NCBI GenBank assembly: GCA_963771175.1
Contig: CAVYSY010000039.1
Coordinates: 192,001-256,000 of the forward strand
DNA: 64,000 nt
From: an uncultured delta proteobacterium
GTDB taxonomy: Bacteria; Myxococcota; Myxococcia; Myxococcales; Myxococcaceae
Direction: 5' to 3'
In this document: positions 42,696 through 54,386 of the stretch, piece after piece
Position numbering within the stretch: position 1 is the stretch's first letter
How the letters are laid out: the number at the start of each line of letters is the position of its first letter
Position numbers and translations under genes: made by a program
The notes under the pieces: model-generated
Seen by the model: only the letters and a program-made list of their open reading frames with translations
Database searches by the model: none
Told to the model about the DNA's origin: nothing

Positions 42696-43469
42696 TCACG
42701 GGCGCGTCGTGCTCCGCACGAGCGGAATCACCCCGGCGGCGAAGTGGAGCCGCGGCGCATGTCCGAGCATCCTCAACCGGTCGTGGGCGATGACCATCAG
42801 GAGCGCGTAGAACCCGCAGGACACGAGCACGTGCCACCACGCGTGGAACTGTGGGTTGGGGATGCCATACGCGGGAAGCGTCTCATTGAGCGTGGCGCAG
42901 AACTGGTTGTCGCTCATCCACAGCACGACCGCGAGCGCGTAGGAGCCCATGCCGAGTTGGAAGATGCGTCGGGCCTTCACGTCCTGGCCGCGGCGGTGGA
43001 TGAGATAGACGCGCGCGAGGGCGAAAAGCTCGAGAGCCGCGAAGCTCGTCTGGAAGAGGAAGAACTGGAGGCGCCCCCGAGAGAAGGCCGTCAGCCAGGT
43101 CGAGAGCACCGCGTAGCCGAGCAGGGCGAGTGGGAACCAGAGCCCGAACCGCCGCTCGGGGCGATCCTCCACCAGGATGTAGACCATCACGATGGCGAGG
43201 TAGAGCATCGGCAGCTCGTCCAGCATCTGATGCTGGAAGAGGAGCGTCGCGTGGAACGCGATGCTGCCGAGCCCGACCACCGACACCAGCGAGAACGCGA
43301 GCAGGAACCGACGCTCCAGCACGCGATGATGCAGCGCGATGCCGAGCACGCCCGCGAGCACCATCGCCAGACTCGAGAACGAGTTGAACAGCTCACAGAC
43401 GTAGTCAAGGTGCGCGTAGTTCGTCTCGCACCAGTCCACCGTCGCGGTATTCGCGCCCCAGTAGCCCAT
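42696..43469 (-). CDS. Alkaline ceramidase-like protein (CREST superfamily)
   Basis: VDWCETNY, ELFNSFSS, GSIAFHATL, QMLDELPM, FHAWWHVL; about 7 TM. Confidence 0.85.
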   Translation of the reverse strand: MGYWGANTATVDWCETNYAHLDYVCELFNSFSSLAMVLAGVLGIALHHRVLERRFLLAFSLVSVVGLGSIAFHATLLFQHQMLDELPMLYLAIVMVYILVEDRPERRFGLWFPLALLGYAVLSTWLTAFSRGRLQFFLFQTSFAALELFALARVYLIHRRGQDVKARRIFQLGMGSYALAVVLWMSDNQFCATLNETLPAYGIPNPQFHAWWHVLVSCGFYALLMVIAHDRLRMLGHAPRLHFAAGVIPLVRSTTRP

Positions 43470-43649
43470 GCCGGATGCCCCCAGCTGACCCTATGGGGCT
43501 CGCCGATGCGGGGTCCAGGCGGGTTGAAGTCCTACCGTTCCATCGCCCACACTCGGGCCGGTGACGCCGTCGTACGGTTTCCCGGTTCCGAGTTGGAACC
43601 TTTCGCGCCCCCCGCTGTCCGAGCGGGCGCACCCATTCAAGGAGCACCC

Positions 43650-44027
43650 ATGTCGGAAGCCTTCATCGCTGGTGGTTGGGGGATGTATCCCACGCTCATC
43701 GCCGGGCTCGCGCTGCTCGTCACGTGTCTGCGGTACGCCGCCCGTCCGGAGTCGCGCTTCGTGCCGCTGATGTTCACGCTCGGGCTCTTCACGCTCTTCG
43801 CTGGCGGCCTGGGCTTCATCACCGGCGTCATGACCATGCTGCACGCCTACGCCGGCCCCCTGGCCAGCGAGGGACCTGTTGTCCTGTTCCTCGGCGTGTA
43901 CGAGAGCCTCCACAACGTCGCCCTGGCGCTGCTGATGACCACGATTTCCGCGATCGCCGCTTCCATCGGCGCGTGGCGGCTCTCCCGGCAGATACAGGCT
44001 CAGGCCGTCACCGTGCCGGTGCGGTAG
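43650..44027 (+). CDS. Small 3-TM membrane protein
   Basis: AGGWGMYPTL; hydrophobic helices; GGAG RBS. Confidence 0.7.
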   Translation: MSEAFIAGGWGMYPTLIAGLALLVTCLRYAARPESRFVPLMFTLGLFTLFAGGLGFITGVMTMLHAYAGPLASEGPVVLFLGVYESLHNVALALLMTTISAIAASIGAWRLSRQIQAQAVTVPVR

Positions 44028-44207
44028 GTCCGGCCAGGGATTGCGCGAGGGCCCGTCGATAGTTATAAGTCCCGGGCCCTGAGCGCGGTCCTGCTCGAAA
44101 CACGAGGCTTCGTACTCCATTGAAGATCCACTCCTGAATCGTCGGCGCTGTTCCGCTGCCACCCACCGGGCCCCTCGTGCGCGCCCGGAACGATTCCGGA
44201 GTTCCTC

Positions 44208-45711
<1,504 letters not shown>

Positions 45712-45846
45712 GCCGGAGCGGTGGTCGAAAAACCGGGGCAAAGGGTTGATTCCTGAACTCTTCTGCCCCAAGACTCCGCGCCCTTCGCGGACAGGGGGGG
45801 CCAACCCTCCTCAACCGCCAGGCACTACTACCTACGCGAGTCACCC

Positions 45847-46839
45847 GTGCTTCACGCTCACACCCTCCTCTCTACGTTCCTGATGTTCCAGACGCCCGCG
45901 CCCGCGCAGGCGCCCACCCCCGAGCAGACCTCCTCCGCCGAGCGCGCCGCCGCCGCCGCCGAGCGCGCAGCCGAGGCCGCCCAGCGCTCCGCCGAGGCCA
46001 ACGTGCGCATGGCGGAGGCCATCGAGCAGCTCGCCAAGGGCATCGCGAGCTCGGTGCCTCCCGCCGAGCAGCCCGCCGTGGAGCAGAAGGAGACCAAGGC
46101 CGAGAAGAAGGAGGCGGCGAGGAAGGACGTCTGGGACGTGACGGTGGGCCTGGGCCTCATCTTCGTCTCGGGCAATGCCTCCACCATCACGTTCAACGGC
46201 CTGGCCACGGCGGAGCGCAAGACGGAGCACTGGATCTACGCCGTCAGGGCCGCGGGCGTTTATGGCCAGAGCCGGCCTCCCGAGACGACGGAAGAGCAGA
46301 CGGAGTCGCAGGTGGTGGCGCTCAGCGCGTCCCTGCAGTTGCGCGGAGATCGCCGCTTCAGCGAGAAGATCAGCGGCTACCTGCTGGGCGGCGTGGAGAC
46401 GGACCACGTGAAGAGCGTGGAGGCGCGCGGCATCGGCGAGGCGGGTGTCGGCGTCATCTGGTTGGACGAGAAGAGGAAGGACGGCGGCGAGTCCTACCTG
46501 CGCACGGATCTCGCCTTCCGCTACGCCCGCGAGACGCGCTTCCAGTACTACCCCTCGCGCATGGATCTGCCGGATGTGTCCCTCGGCGGCCCCCGCTTCG
46601 GTGCGGCCTTCCGCTACGCCATCACCAAGGACATCTCCTTCGGGGAGGAGCTGAGCGTGCTGCCCAGCCTCATCGAGGGCTCGCGCATGCTCATCACCAA
46701 CCAGACGCAGCTCACCGTGAAGCTCACGAAGGCGCTGGCCATCAACACCACCTTCCTCCTGCAGTACGACAGCGAGCCGGCCGAGGGGAAGGTGCCCACC
46801 GACACCTCGCTCGCGGCGAGCGTCGCGGTGACCTTCTAG
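45847..46839 (+). CDS. DUF481-like outer-membrane beta-barrel
   Basis: SGNAS; amphipathic strands; C-terminal VAVTF. Confidence 0.75.
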   Translation: MLHAHTLLSTFLMFQTPAPAQAPTPEQTSSAERAAAAAERAAEAAQRSAEANVRMAEAIEQLAKGIASSVPPAEQPAVEQKETKAEKKEAARKDVWDVTVGLGLIFVSGNASTITFNGLATAERKTEHWIYAVRAAGVYGQSRPPETTEEQTESQVVALSASLQLRGDRRFSEKISGYLLGGVETDHVKSVEARGIGEAGVGVIWLDEKRKDGGESYLRTDLAFRYARETRFQYYPSRMDLPDVSLGGPRFGAAFRYAITKDISFGEELSVLPSLIEGSRMLITNQTQLTVKLTKALAINTTFLLQYDSEPAEGKVPTDTSLAASVAVTF

Positions 46840-46866
46840 GCCGCACGCGCGGCGGACCGGGGTGGC

Positions 46867-47829
46867 TCAGCCCTCGCTGCCCCGGTACCACGCCACCAGC
46901 TTCGCCAGCCCCTCCTCCAACGGCACCGAGGGACGGAAACCCGTCTCGCGCTCCAGCGCCGTCACGTCCGCGCACGTCACCTCCAGCTCTCCCGGCTGCG
47001 CGGGCCGCAGCTCCACCCAGGCCTTCATCCCGAGCTGCTCCTCCAGCAGGTCCACGAACCGCGCCATCGACACCGGCGCGCCCCGGCCCACGTTCAGCAC
47101 GCGGTACGGCGGCGTGTCCGCGGGCGGCTTGTCCAGCACCCGCACCAGCACCTCCACCACGTCATCCACGTAGGTGAAGTCGCGCTGCATCTTCCCCTCG
47201 CCGTTCAGCACGATGGAGCGGCCCTCCAGCATCGCCCGGAGGAACAGCATCGGCGACATGTCCGGCCGGCCCCACGGGCCGTACACCGTGAACAGCCGCA
47301 GCCCCGTCACCGGCATCCCGTACTGGTGGCTGTAGACGTGCGCCATCATCTCGTCCGCGCGCTTCGTCGCCGCGTAGAGGCTCAGCGGACGATCCGCGGG
47401 CGCCTGCTCGGAGAAGGGCACCGGCGTGCCCGCCCCGTACACCGAGCTCGACGAGGCGAACACCAGGTGCTTCACCTTCGCCAGCCGGCAGAGCTCCAAC
47501 ACCTGCAGGAAGCCCGTGACATTCGTCTCCGCGTAATCCGGCGCCTCCGAGGGCAGCGAGCGTACGCCCACTCGCGCCGCCAGGTGCACCACGCGCTCGG
47601 GCCTCGCTCCGTCGAAGAGCTCCCGACACGCCTTCACGTCGCGGATGTCCATCCGGTGGAAACCGAAGTTCGTCGCCGCCTTCAGCCGCGACAGCCGCGT
47701 CGCCTTCAGCGTCACGTCTCCCGACGTGTCCAGGTTGTCCAACCCGATGACGGTGTCCCCACGCGCGAGCAGCCGCTCACAGACGTGATACCCGATGAAG
47801 CCCGCTGCGCCCGTGACGAGCACCTTCAT
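46867..47829 (-). CDS. NAD-dependent epimerase (UDP-glucuronate 4-epimerase-like)
   Basis: TGAAGFIG, HLAARVGVR, ASSSSVYG, YAATK, FTVYGPWGRPDM, RDFTYVDD. Confidence 0.9.
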   Translation of the reverse strand: MKVLVTGAAGFIGYHVCERLLARGDTVIGLDNLDTSGDVTLKATRLSRLKAATNFGFHRMDIRDVKACRELFDGARPERVVHLAARVGVRSLPSEAPDYAETNVTGFLQVLELCRLAKVKHLVFASSSSVYGAGTPVPFSEQAPADRPLSLYAATKRADEMMAHVYSHQYGMPVTGLRLFTVYGPWGRPDMSPMLFLRAMLEGRSIVLNGEGKMQRDFTYVDDVVEVLVRVLDKPPADTPPYRVLNVGRGAPVSMARFVDLLEEQLGMKAWVELRPAQPGELEVTCADVTALERETGFRPSVPLEEGLAKLVAWYRGSEG

Positions 47830-47920
47830 GACTCACTCCCATCGAGGAGGAGGACCGTGGGTGGGAATACCCTCACCCCACGCCCCTCTCCGAGGCAAGG
47901 GGGACATAACAAAGAGTCCG

Positions 47921-49280
47921 TCAGTCCTCGATCTGCGTTTCCAGGAAGGGTCGCTGACGGCCGCGCCAGTCCCTGGAACTCGCGCCTTCCGAGATCAACC
48001 GACCCACGAAGAGCCCCGCCGCGCACGCGTGGTGAACGTTGTCGTGGACGAAGAGTGCACTCCGCCCCAACGGGTAGAGGCCCTCCACCCCACTCAATGC
48101 GGTCAGCGCCCGATCCCGCACCGCGTCGAAGCCCTTGCGGTACAGCGGATAGGCCGTCGCCATGCGCCGCACTCGCGCTCCGAGGATGTCCACTCCCGCG
48201 AGCCCCGCTCGCTCCAGCGCCGGGCGCACCCGCTCCGTGAGCTCCTCCGGCGACGCGCCGCCAGATGGCATCTCCCACCGCGCACGGCAGATCGAAGCCC
48301 ACCACCGTGCGCCCCACGGGTCCCTCACCTCCTGAGAAATTCTTGGCCTCGAAGAGGCGGTTCGCCGGGAGGCGCTCGTCCGCGAAGTAGTGCACGTCCT
48401 GCGACGTGCCCCTGTCCCGCGCGAGCTCCAAGTACAGCAGAGTCAGGGCCCGGTAGCTCAGTCCCTCGGCCGCCTCGGGTCGCCCCGTCCACCCGCACAG
48501 CAGTGGCAGCGGAACCGTCGCCACCACCGACTCCGCCGGCAGCTCGCGCCCCTCCACCACCACGGCCCTCACCCGCCCCCGCTCCAGCACCAGCCCCTCG
48601 GCCGCCGCTCCGCAGCGCACCTCTCCGCCGGCCCGCCGCAGGTTCTCCGCCAGGCCCTCCGCCAGCGCCCCGAAGCCGCCCTCCGGGTAGAAATAGCGCC
48701 GCCCCGCGGACGAGCCTCCGCGCCCGAGCGCCGCGCGCACCACCGCCAGCGGGCCGCCCTTCTGCACCCGCGCCCGGCCGAGCGAAGCGTCCAGCTCCTC
48801 CGGTGGCAGGCCCCACACCTTCCGCGCCGCCGGCTCGTACAGCACCCGCGCCGCATGCCGCCCCAACCGCCTCGCCGCCTCCGCGCCGAAGTGGCCGCCC
48901 TCCGGCGGACGGACCCGCGCCGCTACCGCCGACAGCCCGTGCCTCACCACCTCGACGAGCCCCAACCCCCGGGCAATGCCCAGGAGCGACAGCGGGTACG
49001 GCAGCCTGCGCCCGCCCACGTGCACCATGCCGCTGCGCGCTCGCACTCGGAGCGTGCCGCCCAGGGCCGCCCGGTAGAGTTCCAGCACCTCGGGCCCCGC
49101 CGCGTGGTGCAGTCGGTGCGGGCCGTAGTCCACCTTGAAGCCCGCGAAGTCGAACGAGCCCGAGAGACCCCCCACCTGCGCGGACGCCTCGAGCACCACC
49201 ACCCGCCTGCCGGCCTGGACGAGCGCATGCGCCGCGGCCAGTCCCGACGGCCCCGCGCCGATGACCACCGTCGCGCTCAC
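47921..49280 (-). CDS. FAD-dependent oxidoreductase (UDP-galactopyranose mutase/HemY-like), frameshift near 48280
   Basis: IGAGPSG, VGGLSGS, DYGPHR, YFYPEGGFG, AYPLY, LGRSA. Confidence 0.75.
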
Positions 49281-50002
49281 CCCGCGCTCCCCACCGCCGG
49301 CAATTCCAGCGACACGAGCGCCCTCGGCGCCCGGCCCGCGCGCAGCCAGCCGATGCCTCGCGCCACCGTGCGCCCCATCAGCCACGTGTCCCGCACCGGC
49401 CGCCACTTCGAGCAACCCACGCGTGCGTGGTAGGCGATCGGCAGGAAGACGATGGGGTCCCCCGCCGCCGCCAGCGCCAGCGTCAACGTCGTGGTGAGCG
49501 AGAAGCGATCCGGCAGCACCGGCGCGAGCGACAGCAGATCCGCCGTGCGCAGCACCCGCAGGCCCGAGTTGAGATCCGGCGCCTCGAAGCCACCCACCCA
49601 GCGCACCGCGCCCCGGAAGAGCGCCTTCACCGCCGAGCGCGCGAAGGGCTCGGAGGCCCCGAGCTTCGGGCGGGCGCCGATCGCCTGCCGGGCCCCCCCT
49701 CGCACCGCCGCCACCAGCGCGGGCAGCGCCGACTCCGGGTACGTCCCGTCCGCGTCGATGATCGCCAGCAGCGAGCCGCGCACCTGGGCGACCCCGGCCT
49801 TGATCGCCGCGCCGTAACCCACTCCCGTCAACGTGAGCACCCGCGCCCCGGCCTCGCGCGCCACCGCACCCGTGCCGTCCCGCGAGCCATCATCCACGAC
49901 GAGGATCTCGTGCGACTCCCCCGCCAGCGCCACACCCACCCGCCGCACCACCTCGGCGATGGCACCCACCTCGTCGCGAGCGGGGATGACGACGCTGATC
50001 AT
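49277..50002 (-). CDS. GT2 glycosyltransferase (polyprenol-phosphate sugar synthase-like)
   Basis: ISVVIPARDE, VDDGSRDGT, GYGAAIK, IDADGTY, DLNSGLR. Confidence 0.88.
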   Translation of the reverse strand: MISVVIPARDEVGAIAEVVRRVGVALAGESHEILVVDDGSRDGTGAVAREAGARVLTLTGVGYGAAIKAGVAQVRGSLLAIIDADGTYPESALPALVAAVRGGARQAIGARPKLGASEPFARSAVKALFRGAVRWVGGFEAPDLNSGLRVLRTADLLSLAPVLPDRFSLTTTLTLALAAAGDPIVFLPIAYHARVGCSKWRPVRDTWLMGRTVARGIGWLRAGRAPRALVSLELPAVGSAG

Positions 50003-50619
50003 CCCGCCGCCACCTCCGGGGCCGGCACCGGCCGCCACATCTCCCACAGTGGCCACAGCAGCATCGGCGACCAGCCCACCGCCGCCCCCACCACCGACAC
50101 CGGCATCAGCCAGCCCCACTGCGGTCCCACGAAGCGCACCAGCAGCGGGGCCAGCAGGTGGACGAACGTGGCCACCGAGGCCAGGGTGATGACGCCCACC
50201 TTCAGCCGCGTGGACAGCGCCGTCAGCATGAACAGGTGCCCCACGATGAGCAGCACCACCGGCACGGTGAAGAGGTGGAAGTGGAACGTCTCCATCACCT
50301 GCCGCGCGGGCTTCTCCAGCCGCATGGGCGCGGCGGCCGCCGTCTCTCCGGGCAGCTCCAGCGCGGGGCCGTCCGAGGGCAGCTCCAACGCCGGGCCTCC
50401 CGCCGCCTCCTCCGCCGGAGCGGGCGCGGGCTCGTGCGCGGCGGCGCCACCCCGGTAGTACTCCGCCGAGCCACGCGCGGACAGTCCGCCGAACGAGTCC
50501 GCGTACAGCCACACGGAGGAGACGAACCCCAGCACGAGGAACAGCAGGAACCCGGTGTAGAGGACGCGGGCCTCGAGCGAGAGGCGGGTGATGGGAAACG
50601 GCCGGGCGTACTGACGCAC
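49999..50619 (-). CDS. 4-TM membrane protein with His motifs
   Basis: ETFHFHLF, GHLF, FVHLL in or near TM helices. Confidence 0.7.
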   Translation of the reverse strand: MRQYARPFPITRLSLEARVLYTGFLLFLVLGFVSSVWLYADSFGGLSARGSAEYYRGGAAAHEPAPAPAEEAAGGPALELPSDGPALELPGETAAAAPMRLEKPARQVMETFHFHLFTVPVVLLIVGHLFMLTALSTRLKVGVITLASVATFVHLLAPLLVRFVGPQWGWLMPVSVVGAAVGWSPMLLWPLWEMWRPVPAPEVAAG

Positions 50620-50626
50620 GAGAAGA

Positions 50627-51244
50627 CTACCCCTTGGGAGCGCTCGGAGCGGCGGTCTGGGCGCCGCTCAGTGCCCCGGGCTTGAGGATGAGCTCGTCCA
50701 GCAGGACGAGCGCGCGACGCACTCCGATGGCCATCGACCGCGACGAGATGGTCGCCCCCGTCACCACGTCGACGTCCACTCCGGCCCGCACCGGATCCTT
50801 CGCCGTCTTCCCCTGGAACTGGCGCCGGAAGCGCGCATCGGTGATCTCCTCACCGTACTTCTCCCGGTACACCATCACCTCGTGGCGCTCGACCACGCCC
50901 TCGGGCGACAGCTTCACCGCGAAGGTGATCTGCTCGTGCTGGCCGAGCTCCTCGTCGATGACCGCGTAGCCATCCACGTGCTCACCGGTGGTGGCCACGA
51001 AGATGACGTACTCGGGCTTCGTCGGCTTGTAGCCGAGCCGCCCCTGCACCGCGGCCAGCTCGGCCAGGCCGAGCTTCACCTTGCGATAGGAGACGCGCTG
51101 GCTCTTGGGGAAGAACTCCTTGAGGACCTGCGGCGTGGTGAAGAAGGTGCCCGCCGCCTCCGCGGGGAGCGACACACCGACCCACAGCCATACCGCCAGT
51201 GCCAGCGAGAAGTGCTTCACGGGCCATCCCCTTACCATGTTCAT
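50627..51244 (-). CDS. Exported FMN-binding domain protein
   Basis: Signal peptide; YREKYGEEI, F..QF.GK, DVVTGATISS flavinylation motif. Confidence 0.88.
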   Translation of the reverse strand: MNMVRGWPVKHFSLALAVWLWVGVSLPAEAAGTFFTTPQVLKEFFPKSQRVSYRKVKLGLAELAAVQGRLGYKPTKPEYVIFVATTGEHVDGYAVIDEELGQHEQITFAVKLSPEGVVERHEVMVYREKYGEEITDARFRRQFQGKTAKDPVRAGVDVDVVTGATISSRSMAIGVRRALVLLDELILKPGALSGAQTAAPSAPKG

Positions 51245-51765
51245 GGCAACTCCCGAACCGCCTGGATGACGGCCTGCCGGACATGCGAGCGCCAATCCGT
51301 CCGGGCGCGATAGAGACTCTCCGAGGTGATGGCGCGGCGCTCATCGCTCGACAGGACCCGGCCATCCGGGCCCACCACCATCGACTGCAATTCCACTTTC
51401 ACCTGGCCGAGCGACTGGAGCGAGGACAGGTCCAACCGGGTCAACACCAGCACCACCGTGGCGTCCGCCTGGTACTGGCGCGCCACCGCCGAGGCCTGCT
51501 CCACCGTGGGGGCGGGCCCCGACATCGTCTCCACGCCCAGCACCGAGTAGCCCCGGGAGCGCAGGGCCTCCGCACCCTCCCGGGCCACCACGTCTCGGGG
51601 CTCCTCTCCGCCAAGCACGTCCCCGATGAGCCCTCGGGGCGCGGGCTTCGACGCCACCGACGCGGCCAGCACCACCACGCGCGCGGGTGAGCCCTCCGAG
51701 CGCCGGGGCGTCCCGGCACAGGCGGCGGTCAGCATCACGACGGTGGCGAGCAGGAAGGCGCGCAT
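51241..51765 (-). CDS. Hypothetical lipoprotein
   Basis: MRAFLLATVVMLTAAC lipobox. Confidence 0.7.
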   Translation of the reverse strand: MRAFLLATVVMLTAACAGTPRRSEGSPARVVVLAASVASKPAPRGLIGDVLGGEEPRDVVAREGAEALRSRGYSVLGVETMSGPAPTVEQASAVARQYQADATVVLVLTRLDLSSLQSLGQVKVELQSMVVGPDGRVLSSDERRAITSESLYRARTDWRSHVRQAVIQAVRELP

Positions 51766-51779
51766 CGGTTCCCTGGCTC

Positions 51780-53174
51780 TCAAAAGAGGTAGGCCACGCT
51801 GGCGAGGAACGTCCCGTGACCGTCCTGCCAGAACCCGCTGGACCACGCGTGCGGCATCTCCCCGTTCCCGCCGCTCTTCTCCCAGAAGTAGCTGGCCTTG
51901 AGGACGTAGGGAGGCAGCGGCCGGAAGTTCAGGCCGAGCGTCAGCCGCGCCACGTCTCCCGCGGTGACGAACTCCGTGTCGGTGTCCTTCTCCTCGTAAC
52001 GGAGGGAGGCGGTGAAATGCCCGTCGTGCCACTCGTCCGGGAGCAACCGGAAGAAGGGCTCGATGCGGAAGCGGTAGTTGGCCTGCCCGTAGAAGCCGAA
52101 CATCCCCGTGGGCACGGGGTCGCGGGTGTTGGCCGTCGAGCCATCCGGGAAGCCCTGCACGTAGCCAGGGTCGATGAAGGCGCGCACCACCTCGCCCGTC
52201 AGGTCCAACGCGCCGAGCCGCCAGAAGACATCGGCGTTGACCATGTTCACCCGACGGCCCTCGAGGTCATACGCGCCCGTGTAGCCGGACAGGCCCGCCT
52301 CCAGACCCAGGAAGGGCGAGACGGACACGCGCCCGGTGAGGGCCTTGTCGTCGTTGTTGTCCTGCAGGTGGCTGCCGCGCGCCGCCCGGAAGCCCTGGCC
52401 GTCGAGGATCTTCGCGTCGAGGCCGTTGACCGCGTACACCTCGTAGTTCAGCCGCCAGTCCCGGCCCAGGTCGAACTTGCCCAGGAAGCCGGCGCCGGAC
52501 TCGAACCAGGTGGTGGGGACGACCGTGGTGTATGCGATGGGCCGCTCGGGCAGTTCCTGCGCCGGCGCATCGTGACGCAGGTTGTACGCGCCCACCGGCA
52601 CGAGGATGACGCCCGCCCGGAACGTGGCCCAGTCCGTCAGCATCAGGTCCACCACGGAGAACTCGAGCAGCACCTCGCCCGCGCCCAGGATGCCGTCGCG
52701 CTTGAGCGGGCTGCCCGCGAACTCGAACTCGATCTCCGTCGCCGTGGAGATGCGCTCGGAGATGTGGCTGTAGACGAAGAGCACGTACCGGTGGTTGCGG
52801 AACGTGGACACTCCCTGCTGGGGCAGGATGAAGTCGTGCTCGGCGTAGCCGCCCAGCGTCGTGCGGTCGAGGATGGCCGCCGCCCGCTGCGCCAGCGTGG
52901 TGGTGGGCTGGAGCCGCTCGGTGAAGGTGTCCTTCGCGACCTGAGCGGGCGCCTCGGCGTTGGGGGCCGGGGTCGCCGCCGTGTCCGTGCCGGCGGGATC
53001 CTCCAGACCCTCCAGGTCCAGGCGAGGACCGTCGTCCTGCTTCGAGCGCTCCGCGTCGGGCTGCCGGGGAGCATCCTCCGCTGGCGTGGCGGGCGCGGAG
53101 CCCTCCTCTTGCGCCAGTCCGGAGAGGGGCGCGAGCAGCAGGGGCAGCAGGAACAGGTGGTAACGGCGCGACAC
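51780..53174 (-). CDS. Outer-membrane porin (OprO/P-like beta-barrel)
   Basis: Signal peptide; TTLGGYAE, EIEFE, VPTTWFESG, DNNDDKA, C-terminal VAYLF. Confidence 0.8.
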   Translation of the reverse strand: MSRRYHLFLLPLLLAPLSGLAQEEGSAPATPAEDAPRQPDAERSKQDDGPRLDLEGLEDPAGTDTAATPAPNAEAPAQVAKDTFTERLQPTTTLAQRAAAILDRTTLGGYAEHDFILPQQGVSTFRNHRYVLFVYSHISERISTATEIEFEFAGSPLKRDGILGAGEVLLEFSVVDLMLTDWATFRAGVILVPVGAYNLRHDAPAQELPERPIAYTTVVPTTWFESGAGFLGKFDLGRDWRLNYEVYAVNGLDAKILDGQGFRAARGSHLQDNNDDKALTGRVSVSPFLGLEAGLSGYTGAYDLEGRRVNMVNADVFWRLGALDLTGEVVRAFIDPGYVQGFPDGSTANTRDPVPTGMFGFYGQANYRFRIEPFFRLLPDEWHDGHFTASLRYEEKDTDTEFVTAGDVARLTLGLNFRPLPPYVLKASYFWEKSGGNGEMPHAWSSGFWQDGHGTFLASVAYLF

Positions 53175-53256
53175 GGTGGCTCCCGAAGTCACTCGGAGGA
53201 AAAGGTCGGGCCGGGGCCGCGCGAGCAGGACCCCGGCCGGGAGGTTCACGACAGGC

Positions 53257-54327
53257 TCAGGCCTTCACGTCGATGGCGAAGACGGTCTCCAGCTCGCCGA
53301 GCAGCTCCGTCGCCTTCATGTCGGTGATCCAGGTGGTGTCGCCGTTCTTCGCCTTGGCGATCGCGGCGTCGAAGGCCGTCCGCAGCTTCGTGGCGAGGTT
53401 CGCCTTGGCGCTGCCCTCCGGAGCGTTCTTCATGTACGGCTCCAGCGTCCGGAAGAAGCCCTCGCCCTCGACGAGCTTCACGTAGGCGGCCTCCGGCTTC
53501 GTCTTGTTGAGCTCGATGTCGTAGAGCTCGTGACCGACGGAGTACGCGAAGACGCTCTGCAGCTTGGCATCGAGGCGCTGGACGAAGCGCGAGTACTGCT
53601 CGTCATCGCCGAACGCCATGGAGTCCGCGCCCTTGGCCTTCAGCGCGCCCTGGATGATGCAGGAGCCTTCCTTGATGAGCGCGAAGAGCTCGGCGCTCAG
53701 CGTGGTGCCGTTGTTGCCGTCGCGGCCCGTGGCCAGCTTCGCGAGACCCCGGCGACCGGCCTCCGCGTTGCTCGCGCCGGTGCCGAGGTAGCCGAAGGCC
53801 TCGTCGTAGTGCAGGAAGGACGGCTCGTCGTAGAGCTCCTCCATCACCGACAGGTACAGGAAGCGGTAGAGGCCCGCCTTCTGGAAGCGCTGCTTGGCCA
53901 GCGACACGTCCAGCGTCTTGGTGGCCGCCGCCAGCTCATCGAGCGAGCCCAGGATGGCCGCGTCGATCGCGGGGCCCACGGCGGCTGCATCCCCGGTGAA
54001 GTGCTTGTCCTCGCGAGCCAGCACCTTCGCCTGGAGGTTGGTGGTCGGATCCTTGTACTTCGCCCGGATGGCCTCGGCCACGGAGGCCGACTTCGTCCAA
54101 TCGCTCTCCGCCTGGCCGAACAGCGCCACCATCTCGTCGATCGCCACCAGGCGCTTGTCCTGGGGCTCATGGTGGGTGACGTCGAACGCGGTGTACTCGG
54201 CGATGGACTCATCGCACTGCGCGGACACGGCCGGCGTCTCCGGAGTCTCCGGCTTGTCCTCACCGCAGCCCACCAGCAGGGCCACCGACAGGAACATCCC
54301 CATTCCAACCGACTTCGTGCGCTTCAT
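53257..54327 (-). CDS. Helical lipoprotein, FEA1/DUF4856-like (putative iron binding)
   Basis: LVGC lipobox; HYDEAFGYLG; EGEGFFRTLEP. Confidence 0.6.
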   Translation of the reverse strand: MKRTKSVGMGMFLSVALLVGCGEDKPETPETPAVSAQCDESIAEYTAFDVTHHEPQDKRLVAIDEMVALFGQAESDWTKSASVAEAIRAKYKDPTTNLQAKVLAREDKHFTGDAAAVGPAIDAAILGSLDELAAATKTLDVSLAKQRFQKAGLYRFLYLSVMEELYDEPSFLHYDEAFGYLGTGASNAEAGRRGLAKLATGRDGNNGTTLSAELFALIKEGSCIIQGALKAKGADSMAFGDDEQYSRFVQRLDAKLQSVFAYSVGHELYDIELNKTKPEAAYVKLVEGEGFFRTLEPYMKNAPEGSAKANLATKLRTAFDAAIAKAKNGDTTWITDMKATELLGELETVFAIDVKA

Positions 54328-54386
54328 GGTGTGCTTCTCCGTTGCAACCAAGGTGTTGGCACTCCGGGGCTCCCGGGTGCGAAAGG

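Noticed and set aside
45920..46000. GCCGAGCGCGCC-type short repeats
   Set aside because: Encode an Ala/Glu/Arg helical linker (AERAAAAAERAAEAA), not an array
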